Shown in pieces: positions 1-11,214 of a stretch of DNA of 64,000 nt. Under the pieces are notes generated by a model. The model had not been told where the DNA came from. It saw nothing but the letters and a program-made list of their open reading frames with translations, and made no database searches. The position numbers were made by a program, and so were the translations under genes. Where the stretch lies: NCBI RefSeq assembly GCF_963921235.1, contig NC_086118.1, forward strand, positions 13,394,001 through 13,458,000. The letters are read 5' to 3'. The first letter of the stretch is position 1, and each line of letters begins with the position of its first letter. The stretch is from Mobula hypostoma (taxonomy: Eukaryota).

Positions 1-1359
1 GTTGGGCATTGAAACTTTTGTGGAAAGAGATATATTGTATGTTGCTTCTTGCTTCTTATTTCCTTCCCTCCTGATACAATGCACAAAACTAATGTGCATA
101 TTATGGTTTGCAAAAATCAGCCTGCCCTATAACTTAACATTCTCTTGCAGGTAACCTTAATACTCTGCAAATTCTGTCTTCCCTGAAACAACAGTAATTA
201 GAAATATTGAAATGAATCCCATGGTTTAATGAATAACTACAGTCCTGAGTGTAAATCTAAGGCAAGTAGATCAAGAATGATGCAGATGCAATTTTGAGTC
301 TCTGATGTTTGATGAGAGAGACTCCACAACTGTCCTTTGGACTAATATGGAGAAGGTTCACAACTTACTGACTCTGGCATAAGTGCTTATTGATTATGCT
401 CTCGGTCCATTTCCCAATAACGTCTTCTATGGTTAAAGACCTCTAATGTTTAACAGGTTCACAATTTGGAATGGCCTCTAGGCTGAAGAAACAGAGATAT
501 AGATCTAGATTGCCTGAGGGGCTAAAAGAGCAGACCTTTGCTGCTAGCACGCAAGTTTTGAGGAAGTAACCAATCCATTACACCATCCTAAACTACTAAT
601 AAAATCATAAGCAGCAAAAAAAAATCTTTGTATCTTTCACTCACAATATTTTGCCATGATTTCAAGTTCTGTAATATTTGATCCGATCCATGTTTCATTT
701 CAATTTGGTTGCATATGGAATTGAAAGCACTGGCTTTCAGTACTGTAGTCTGAACAGCTGACAACATTAATATGAAAAGAGTTCTTTTCAACTTGACAGC
801 TAGATAGCTTGACCAATTAATTGACTTACTGTATCCTGGTCATGAATAAAATTCAAATTGGTTTATTATTGCCACATCTACTGAATAGTTTAAATTTGAC
901 ACATGAAATTCTTGATGACTTAAATTCCACACATGAAATCAGTATCAGCTTAATAGAGTGGCAAGCCCAAAATCTTGTGAACCAACTTATCAACCCTCTC
1001 TTAATTTGACAGCATGGCAGTATTCATTTTCCACTTGTTGCTGCTGTTTCTCATTGCATTAGCTCACTTCTTCTTTCCTTGTCTTAAGTTTGCATCATTA
1101 TTTCTCATTCAAACTGTGATGCGTCCTCTACACCCCCACCTCTTCTCCTTCCTAGTGAGACCTTAATGAAATGAGCCTGCACCAAATCAATAAGCTGCTT
1201 TATTTTGCCAATATGTGTAAGCTCACATCACAAATTATTCACCCATTTATAGAGAGAGCAATAAGATAGATATGCAGTCTCATTCCCATTAGTTAACACT
1301 TTCTTCTGAACAATGGATCTCACAGACTATCTTGATAGGTTCTTTCATAACCATGGCAA

Positions 1360-2990
1360 TCTGGAATTGAAATTGGAATTGGTTTATTAATGTCACATGT
1401 ACAGAGATACAATAAAAAGCTTGTTTTGCATACAGATCAATTCATTACACAGTGCATTGAAGTAGAACAAGGTAAACCAATAACAATGCAGAATAAATTG
1501 TAACAGCTACGGAGAAAGTGCCCTTCAGGTAAACAATAAGGTGCAAGATAATAATGAGGTGGACTGTCAGGTGAAGAGTCCATCTTATTGTACTAAAGAT
1601 CCTTTTAATTTTCTTGTAATAGTGGGTAGACACTGTCCTTGGGCCTGGTGTTAGGTGCTTTCAGACTTTTTGAATCTTCTGCCTGATGGAAGAGAGAAGA
1701 AGAGAGAATGTCAAGATAGGTGGGGACTTTGTTACACTGGCATCCTTACTGAGGTAGTGAGAAGTATAGAATCAGAATCACGTTTAGTATCATTGGGCTA
1801 TGCCATGAAAGTTGTTGTTTTCCCTTCCAGAGTCCATGAAGGGGAGACTGCTTTCTTTGATGTGTTGAGTGGTGTCAATAGCTCTGCAGTTCCTTGTGGT
1901 TATGTGAGGAGCCACTGCCTTAGTAAGCTGTGATGCATTAGACAGAACGCGTCAATAAAAAATTGTAATTGTCAACAGGGATGAGGAATGCATCTGGCCA
2001 TGCAGTAGTGGGCTTACAAAGAGTTGAAGAGGGAGCTGATTCTTCAACCCTGTGGAGCACCAATGTTTAGACTAAACATGGCAGAGATGGTTGCCTATCC
2101 TGCCTGATTGGGGTCTATTAGTCAGTAAGTCAAGGATTCAGCTGCAGAGGGAGGCATTAACTCCCAGGGTGTAGAACTTGGTGATGAGCTTGCTTGGAAG
2201 TATAGTGCTGAAGGCAGAATTGTTGTCAATACACTCTATGTAATGCAGTGTAAGGATGCCAAGGAGCTTAGTGTTTAGCATGATGCTATTACAGCTCAGG
2301 GCATTCCGGAGTTTAGTGTTCAATTTTGGTGCTGTTCTTTAAGGAATCTCTGCAAGTTTGTGTCTTTATTGATGCTTTGCTGCATGCTTGAGTGCTTGGT
2401 GGGGGGAGGTGCAGATGCATTTTTGTTGGTGGGGAGGGGGGGTCGTTGCTTTGGTGCTGCTTACATGTGGGAGGGGGAGTTGGGGGGGCTTTGGGATTCT
2501 AACACTTAACTGTCATTTATTCTTTGGGGCACTTCTCTGTTTTCATGGATGCTTGCAAAGAAAAAAGAATTTCAGGATGTATATTGTACACATTTCTCTG
2601 ACATTAAATGTACCCATTGCAACCTATAGACTCCCGCGGCCTACTCCACAGTGTATCATTATTTATTTATTCTTTCATTTATCTATGTATTTCTTTATTT
2701 ATTTATCTATTTATTTGTTTATTTAGCTAGCTAAAATTAATAAATATATGCATAAATATCCAAATAGATGGATGGATAGATAAATAAGTAAATAGAAAAA
2801 TCAATCACTCGATCAATCAATCCATCGATTACATAGGTGTCTTTACTGCCCAGATGCTCCAGAGATAAGTTTATTGCAGTGAGTTAAGATTGTCTGGAAA
2901 GTTGGAATTAATGTATGTGCTATGATCAATCTTTCAAATTATTTCTTGATGGTAGATGTCAGAACCAATGGGCTGTAGTCATTAAGGCAC
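1360..2990 (-). mobile_element. Degenerate Rex1/L2-type LINE fragments with nested insertions
   Basis: Tail-like aattggaattgg and tttatt at ~1365-1390. Reverse-strand similarity to the LINE RT region (agggagctgattcttcaaccctgtggagcac). Confidence 0.5.
2357..2630 (+). repeat. 5'-truncated copy of the 3378-4225 repeat
   Basis: Reverse-complement match to 3380-3650. Confidence 0.8.
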
Positions 2991-3377
2991 ACCTCATCTG
3001 TCTTTATCTCATCCCTTTAAAAAGAGAATTTAACGAACTGACTTGCACACTTTCTACTGAGGTGTTTTCATCACCTTGAACAAGAACCCAGATGCCAACT
3101 CTCTACTTCCTATTCTTCCTCTTCTTCTTAAGTAGTTTTTCAGGATCAAAGATGACTTACTTCCACTGCAGCTTTATAGGTACTGAGATGACTGGTGAGA
3201 CTGAGGATCATCTTTACACAAATTCATACTTCCAACACAAGAGCAGCAGAAGTCTGTGTTTTCCCACCGATGGCAGATGGGGAGCGTATGTGGGTGGGTA
3301 GAATGTGAGGCAGAGCCTTTTTCCTTGTGTACTAACACTGGGTTCTATGTGACCCTGACACATAAGCATGAGCTTCT

Positions 3378-4225
3378 TCAATAGGGTTCAATAGGTACAT
3401 TTAATGTCAGAGAAATGTATACAATATACATCCTGAAATTCTTTTTCTTCGAAGACATCCATGAAAATAGAGGAGTGCCCCAAAGAATGAATGACAGTAA
3501 AAACATTAGTATCCCAAAGCCCACCCCATTTCCCCCACCCACGCACAAGCAACAGTAGGGCAATGACCCCCACCAGCAAAAAAGCATCAGCGACCCCACC
3601 GGGTATTCAAGCGTGCAGCCAAGCATGAGTAAAGAAACAGACTTGCAGTCCCCCGAAAACTATAGGATCACCCGGTGATTTGACATGCCACAGGCTCTCT
3701 CTCTCTCTCTCTCTAATAAGGGAAAAAGAGGTGCCCCCATTTCACGGCAAGAGGGGAGACAACTCACTGATTTATCATGTTAGAAGTCTGTTGTGTCGCT
3801 TTTTTTGAGCTCTGTGCACGGAGAGTCGGCACCAAAAAGTCGCAGCTGTCCGGGCACACAACCCCTGGCAGCTAACCCACTTCACCCGATGTTCTGTGCT
3901 CTCCCGCGACGCTTCAGTCAGGGCACCAGCCTAGAATCAGCATGTCCCCAGAGCCACAAAATCCCGGAACCCTGGATGCGCGCTCATTTTCCAGGCCGTG
4001 TCTTTGGGATATCAAAAAGCGACCAGTTGTGAGGCCCTGAGTGCAGGTCCCATTCTCGCAAAGAACCGAAGTCACAGTGTAACACCAGGTCAGTGTCTTC
4101 AAAAGAACACCCCCCCCCGACCCCCTGAAAAGGAAAAAAGAGATATCAACGATAGAAAGAGATAGAGCTGTTTCTGAAGATACGAACAAAGGAATCACCA
4201 TTTAGTGCCATCTTAACGTTGCCCC
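3378..4225 (-). mobile_element. Non-coding retroposon-like repeat (~850 bp)
   Basis: 5' AAGATGGC-like start and a 3' ATTAAA plus (CCTATTGAA)n tail. Its 3' third recurs inverted at 2357-2630. Confidence 0.7.
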
Positions 4226-4313
4226 GCCTTCTTGATCCCAGTCTAAATGCTCCTTCTCCACTTTGATCCTTTTGAATTGGACTTGCTGTGGATGTTGTAC
4301 TACTTCAAGCAAA

Positions 4314-5401
4314 TCTATATACTATTACAACTCTCATGCTCTGTCTGTCTGTTTGTCTGTTTATGACCACCAATTAGCAGAAACGGCACATTACAGAGGC
4401 ACTTTTTTTGGCTAAATCGAATTAAAATGTGCTAACTTACAGAATGCAGACAAAGTTCAGGGTTATATATTCGTATAACATTGCTCATTCGCAAAAATCA
4501 GCAGGCTCATTTCACACAAGAGACGATTCGCCATCATGGAAATTGGGACGCAACAGCCCGACACATGTGCAAGGCCAGCCTCAGCAGCAACAACTACCAG
4601 AGCAAAAGGGCAGGGCAGCTCTATTTTGAGGGGTCACATTCTGCTCATCACCATCAGCATGTGCAGGATTGGGACAGATCTAACTGCCACCCATCAATAA
4701 GAGATAATTAAATCTTATTGTAGTGACGTACTTCAAGACACCCTTTGCTGCAGTCAATGGACAGTGGTGACTATATCACTTCCATTTAGGAGAGCGCCAA
4801 CCACATCATCAAGAATAATCAGCATCCTTTGGTGTTACTGCTTCGTATTTTCTATCCAGCATTATGGTAAAAAAAAATGGTGAGCCTAATTATGCCGCGT
4901 GGAAAGGGAAGGAGAACATTATGGTCAAGAGATGACGCCAAACGTCATCCCGAAGCGGCAAGGAGAGGGAGAGAACAAGAATCGGATGAGGCCAGGGCCG
5001 CACAACTCCAGGATCAAACAGTCAGGACAAAAAAAGTTGAGAGAAGAAGAGACAGAGGAGGAGAGGCATGCACGTCTCCAGGATCAGAGACAAACAACAA
5101 ACAGCAGAAGAGATGAAGAGACAGGGATGAAAGGACTGCATGTCTCCAGAATGACAAATGGCATGAGGGTGGAAGATAAACCAGAAATGATGCCATCAAA
5201 AGTGTCCTTCGTTAAATGAGGAGGAGCTAGATTTGTTTTCCTACATGTCGTTCTTCTTCAATAAACTGAGGCTTTCTACTTCAGTTTCCAAAGCAAAACG
5301 ATACAAATAGCATTCAGGAAAATTTAATGTTCATTCCAGTCAGATCAGACTGCACTACCCTTCAATCAAAGGGTGCCCCAATGGGTCACCCCGCTGTCTT
5401 G
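4314..5401 (+). mobile_element. Non-autonomous Helitron-like element (~1.09 kb)
   Basis: A|TCTATATACTATTA 5' end, subterminal hairpin GGGTGCCCCAATGGGTCACCC (5371-5391), CTTG|T 3' end (CTRR variant), no TSD. An internal frameshifted ORF has 23-aa acidic/basic repeats. Confidence 0.72.
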
Positions 5402-5929
5402 TATTACATAGAATTAAACATAAAGCAGAAAGGTGGGCTTTTCGTCCCACCACATCTATGCTAACATTTTTTTTTGCCCATTTACACTAATCTCATTTGT
5501 CTGCCTTTGAACTATATCCTTTGATGCCTCACCTATTTCTTCCAGAAGGTTATGGGAACATTTCTAAATCTTCTGTTTTTATGACAGAGCATAAAATAAT
5601 GTTTATTTTTTTACAATACTTACATCGGTCACACAGAGAAAATAGCCTGCCAATGTACCTGACAGAGTATAACTGGAGTCTAGGGCAGGGCATAGACATT
5701 GGTTCACTCGTCTTTGCAGTAAATTTAGAAAGTTTCAAGGTTTCAAAGTACATTTATTATCACAGTATGCAACCTTGAAATTCGCTGGTTTACAGTCAGC
5801 TGCCAAGCAAGAAACCCAAAATAACCCAATCTTTAAAAAAAAACACCCAATGCACAGAGAAGGAGAAAAAATATAAATCATGCAAACATTAAAAGTAAGT
5901 AAAAGAAGAAACAATAGAAGGCACGGCAG

Positions 5930-6030
5930 AAAAAAGAGAAAATTTGCAGATGCTGGCAATCTGTGCAACACACTCAAAATGCTGGAGTAACTCAACAAGC
6001 CAGGAAAAGAGTACAGTTGACATTGCGGGC
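5930..6030 (-). mobile_element. Penelope-related 3' end fragment
   Basis: Similar to 24410-24511. Confidence 0.65.
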
Positions 6031-6034
6031 CAAT

Positions 6035-6230
6035 GCAGAAGCAGCTTTGGTGGTATCGAGTGCTTTATGATGCCTGCAGTAGGTGATTCCAGCTCTTGGA
6101 AACATACAGAAGCCAGGGAACACTTCTGCCTGAAAGACAGTGAGCCTTGTGCCGGGTATGAGGTCCTGATTTTCAAATACCCTTTTGGTCAGTCGATGAA
6201 GGGCTTACTAATGCATTGAATGTAACTAAG
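6035..6230 (-). mobile_element. RTE LINE RT C-terminal fragment
   Basis: Minus-strand translation VFENQDLIPGTRLTVFQAEV...TYCRHHKAL resembles the RTE post-RT region. Confidence 0.55.
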
Positions 6231-6849
6231 GTCTGGGACAGAGCAGGGATATTGATTCATTGAACACACAACAGTACAGAACAGTCCTGGCCCTTCAGCA
6301 TATCATATAGGAGCCGACCTATATGAATATACTCCATGAACAATCTAACCCTTCTCCTTTACACAGCCCATAACAATTTGTTTTTCTTTCATCCATGATT
6401 AACGGTGCCAGCTCTTGATCCCCGACCTTTCACCTTTCCTGTGGGTCTCTACGTGGTAATAAGAATTCTCATTATTCTTTAAATGGATGGGATCATCTGG
6501 AAATAAAGAGAACAGGTAGATCTGATTACTCTAGGGCAAAAAGGTTTGTGAGATGCAAAACAACCTGACCTGTTAATCAATTTTCTATTCCACATGCTCT
6601 GCCAGCTGGGATCATTTTACCTCATCAAGATTGAAAATATACAGGTAATTGCATAAAAGTTATTTGCTCACTGGAAAAAATGAACTAGTCATTATACAAT
6701 GTTCCAATGAGAAACAAAAGCTGAAAATAATGCAAACACTTATCACAATATGTGGCATTTGTGGAAAGAAAAAAACAGGGTTAACTTTTCAATCAGACAT
6801 CATTTGTAAAAATTGAAAAATTGCAAGAGATGTGATATCAGCTCTTTCA

Positions 6850-7105
6850 CCTCTTTCCTTCCCAGCAATCAGGAACCAGATAGTCTTTTCTAGGTGAAGC
6901 AGTGAATAACTTGCACTTCTTCCAACCCAGTCTGTTACATTCTGCATTCACAATCTGGTTTCTTTGATGTTAGAAAAAACAAATGCAGATTGGATGATTG
7001 TTTTTGAGTGCACCTGGAGCAGTGCTGAACTTCCTACTGACTGCCATGTTAATTCTCCATCTCATTCTCATTCTGTTCATCTGTTAAAACAAAGCTCAAT
7101 GTAAT
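6850..7105 (+). mobile_element. Old, degenerate Penelope GIY-YIG fragment
   Basis: Diverged similarity to 9600-9900 (gtcttttctaggtgaagc...ttaattctccatctcattctca). Confidence 0.55.
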
Positions 7106-7109
7106 CTTC

Positions 7110-9398
7110 AAACATGAGGAAATCTGCAGATGCTGGAAACTCAAGCAACACACATAAAATTTGCTGGTGAATGCAGCAGGCCAGGCAGCATCTATAGGAA
7201 GAGGTACAGTCAACATTTCGGGCTGAGAACCTTTGTCAGGACTAACTGAAACAAGAGACAGTAAGAGATTTGAAAGTGGGAGGGGGAGAGGGACATCCAA
7301 AATGACAGGAGAAGACAGGAGGGAGAGGGATGGAGCCAAGAGCTGGAAAGTTGAATGGCAAAAGGGATACAAGACTGGAGAACGGAGAGGATCATGGGAC
7401 GGGAGACCTAGGGAGAAAGAAAGGGGGAAGGGATCCCAGAGGATGGGCAAAGAGTTATAGTAAGAGGGACAGGGGAGAAAGAGAGAGAGAGAGAGAGAGA
7501 GAGAAATAAATAATAAATAAATAAATAAATAAGGGATGGGGTACGAAGGGGAGGAGGGGCATTAACGGAAGTCTGAGGTCAATGTTCATGCCATCAGGCT
7601 GGAGGCTACCCAGACGGAATATAAGGTGTTGTTCCTCCAACCTGAGTGTGGCCTCATCTTGACAGTAGGGGAGGCCGTGGATAGACATATCAGAATGGGA
7701 ATGGGACGTGGAATTAAAATGTGTGGCCGCTAGGAGATCCTGCTTTCTTTGGCGGACAGAGTGTAGGTGTTCAGCGAAACGGTCTCCCAGCCTGCGTCGG
7801 GTCTCACCAATATATCGAAAGCCGCATCAGGAGCACCTTACATAGTATATCATCCCAGCCGACTCACAGATGAAGTGGAAGGACTGTCTGGGGCCCTGAA
7901 TGGTGGTAAGGGAGGAAGTGTAAGGGCATGTGTAGCACTTGTTCCACTTACAAGGATAATTGCCGGGAGGGAGATCGGTGGGGAGGGATGGGGGGGACGA
8001 ATGCACTAGGGAGTTGCGTAGGGAGCGATCCCTGTGGAAAGCAGGAAGTTGGGGGGGAGGGAAAGATGTGCTTAGCGGTGGGATCACATTGGAGGTGGTG
8101 GAAGTTACGGAGAATTATATACTGGACCCGGAGGCTGGTGGGGTGGTAGATGAGGACCAGGGGAACCCTATACCTAGTGGGGTGGCGGGATGATGGGGTG
8201 AGAGCAGATGTGTGTGAAATGGGAGAGATATGTGTGAGAACAAGGTTGATGGTGGAGGAAGGGAAGCCCCTTTCTTTAAAAAAGGTGGACATCTCCTTCG
8301 TCCTGGAATGAAAAGCCTCATCCTGAGAGCAGATGTGGCGGAGACGGAGGAATTGCGAGAAGGGGATGGCATTTTTGCAAAAGGCAGGGTGGGAAGAGGA
8401 ATAGTCCAGGTAGCTGTGAGAGTCTGTCGGCTTTTAGTAGACATCAGTAGATAATCTGTCTCCAGAGATAGAGACAGAAAGATCAAGAAAAGGGAGGGAG
8501 GTGTTTGAAATGGATCAGATAAACTTGAGGGCAGGGTGAAAGTTGGAGGCAAAGTTAATGAAGTCAATGAGCTCAGCATGCGTGCAGGAAGCAGCACCAA
8601 TGCAGCGAAGGGAAAGTGGGGGACAGATACCAGTATAGGCTTGGAACATGGATTATTCCACAAAGCCAACAAAAAGGCAGGCATAGCTGGGACCCATAGG
8701 GGTGCCCATGGCTACACCTTTAGTTTGGAGGAAGTGGGAGAAGCTAAAGGAGAAATAATTAAGAGTCAGGACTAATTCCTCTAGATGGAGGAGAGTGGTA
8801 GTACAGGGGAACTGGTTAGGTCTGGAATCCAAAAAGAAGTGGAGAGCTTTGGGACCTTCCTGGTGGGGGATGGAGGTATATAGGGACTGGACATCCATGG
8901 TGAAATTAAAGCGGTGGAGTCCAAGGAACATAAAATCATCAAAAAAATTCAGAGTGTGAGAAGTGTCACAAACATAGGTGGGAAGGGATTGAATAAGGGG
9001 GTAAAACAGTGTCGAGGTATGCAGAAATGAGTTTATTGGGGCAGGAGGGAGCAAGCTGAGACAATGGGTCTACATGGACAGGCAGGTTTGTGGATCTTGG
9101 GTAGGAGGTAGAAACGGGAAGTGCAGCGTGTGGAAACTATAAGGGTGGTAGCAGTGGATGGGAGATCCCCTGAGCTGATAAAGTTGGTGATGGTGTGGGA
9201 GACAATGGCCTGGTACTCCTTAGTGGGGTCACGATCGAGGGGTAAATAAGAGGAGGTATCCGCAAGTTGTTGCTGTGTCTTGGCAAGGTCGAGGTCAGTA
9301 CGCCAGACTACATCAGCACTCCCCTTATCGGCGGGTTTTATAGTAAGTTTAAGATTAGTGCGGAGGGAGTGGAGAGCAGAGCGTTCGGAAGGAGTGAG
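7110..9398 (-). mobile_element. Penelope-like element, 5'-truncated, degenerate RT plus GIY-YIG endonuclease and 3' UTR
   Basis: PLE RT motifs IKPADKG, FYLLPKIHK, RPIVS, TMDVQSLYTSIPH, QTKGVAMGTPMGPSYACLF. GIY-YIG C-terminus LRLEEQHLIFRLGSLQPDGMN. Frameshifts and stops are present. Confidence 0.92.
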
Positions 9399-10225
9399 GT
9401 CCAACATGTAATTCTCCGTAACTTCCGCCACCTCCAATGAGATCCCAACACTAAGCACATCTTTCCCTCCCCCCCCCCCGCTTTCTGCTTTCCGCAGGGA
9501 TCCCTTGTCCATTCGTTCCCCCTCCCCCCGTCCCTTCCCACCGATCTCCCTCCTGGCACTTATCCTTGTAAGTGGAGCAAGTGCTACACATGCCCTTACA
9601 CTTCATCCCTCACTACCATTCAGGGCCCCAAACAGTCCTTCCAGGTGAGGCGACACTTCACCTCTGAGTAGGCTGGGGTGATATACTGCGTCTGGTGCTC
9701 CAGGTGCAGCCTTTTATATATTGGCGAGACCCAACGCAGGCTGGGAGACTCTTTTGCTGAACACCTATGCTCTGTCTGCCAGAGAAAGCAGGATCAGCTA
9801 GTGGCCACACACTTTAATTCCACGTCCCATTCCCATTCTGACATGTCTATCCACGGCCTCCTCTACTGTCAAGATGAAGCCACACTCAGGTTGGAGGAGC
9901 AACACCTTATATTCCGTCTGGGTAGCCTCCAACCTGATGGCATGAACATTGACTTCTCTAACTTCTGCTAATGCCCCACCTCCCCCTCGTACCCCATCCC
10001 TTATTTATTTATTTATTTGTTTGTTTGTTTGCTTATTTATTTATTATATTTTTTTCTTTCCCCCTTTTTTTTCTGTGTCTTTTTTCTCCCTCTGTCCCTC
10101 TTACTATAACTCCTTGCCCATCCTCTGGGTCCCCCCCCCCTTCTTTCTCCCTAGGCCCGAAACATTGACTGTACCTCTTCCTATAGATGCTGCCTGGCCT
10201 GTTGTGTTCACCAGCATTTTTTATC
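9399..10225 (+). mobile_element. Inverted partial repeat (pseudo-LTR) of the adjacent Penelope element, GIY-YIG region and 3' UTR
   Basis: Near-copy of the reverse complement of ~7150-8130. ORF 9678-9971 reads IYCVWCSRCSLLYIGETQRRL...HFN...GMN. Confidence 0.9.
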
Positions 10226-10702
10226 GATGTAATCTTCCATCTTGGCACGTTGCAGCCTTCTGAATCAATAACAAGTTCTCCAACTTTATATAATTCACTC
10301 TTTCTGTCTGTATCACAGCCATTTCTGTTGTAAGATATCAATCAATGATTTTTTTTCTCTCTCACTCTCTATTAGCACAGCCTAACCTGCTGTTTAAGTC
10401 CCACAAACCTGCGATTGGCAGCATGTTAAACTCATTCACGATGAAACGTAATCTAACTGCCCCAAATACCCATTTCAGATTATCTATCCTACAACAGATA
10501 TCTCTTTTGTTCTACCCATCCATTCTCTGAAACATATTTTCTTTATAGATCATGAAGACCACAAGATATAGGAGCAGAATTAGGCCATTTGGTCATCGAG
10601 TCTGCTCTGCCATATCATTATGTGTGATCCATTTTCCCTCTCAGTCCCAATTTCTTCCTTCTCCCTGTATCACATTATGCCCTAACTAATCAAGTATCTA
10701 AT

Positions 10703-10990
10703 TACCACACACAAAATGCTGGAGGAATTCAGTAGGGAAGCAGCATCCATAGAAATGAATAAACGTTCGATGTTTTGGGCCGAGACCCTTCTTCAGGATT
10801 GAAATGGAAGGAGGAAGACTCCAGAATAAAAAGGTGGGGAGAGGGGAAGGAAGGTGATAAGTGAAGCAAAGTGGGTGAGAAAGGTAAAGGGCTGGAGAAG
10901 AAGGAAACTGATAAGAGAGGAGAATGGACTCTAGGAGAAATGGAAGGAGGAGGGGACCCAAGGGGAGGTGAAAGGCAGATGAAAAGAGGT
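10703..10990 (-). mobile_element. Penelope-related 3' UTR fragment
   Basis: Shares the acacaaaatgctggaggaa end and a CUGAAGA...helix II motif (~10768-10800). Confidence 0.7.
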
Positions 10991-11214
10991 CTTGATCATT
11001 GCCAGCGTTAGTGTAAAAGTCACAATCTATGGGGCTAGGTGTGGGCCACAGATGGTTGAAAGTTGATCAGGGGAAGAAGGGTCCTTAGGGAGAGATGCCA
11101 CAAATTCTACTGTTTATCAACAATGTCATGAAATATATGACTGAACTGTTTACAAAACCTACACTAATAACTGTTGCACAGGTAATGTAAAGGATTGATA
11201 AAAGAAGTTTCAAT

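Noticed and set aside
640..800. Possible minus-strand host exon ending in a GTGAGT donor
   Set aside because: No convincing acceptor, and the translation resembles no protein I recognise.
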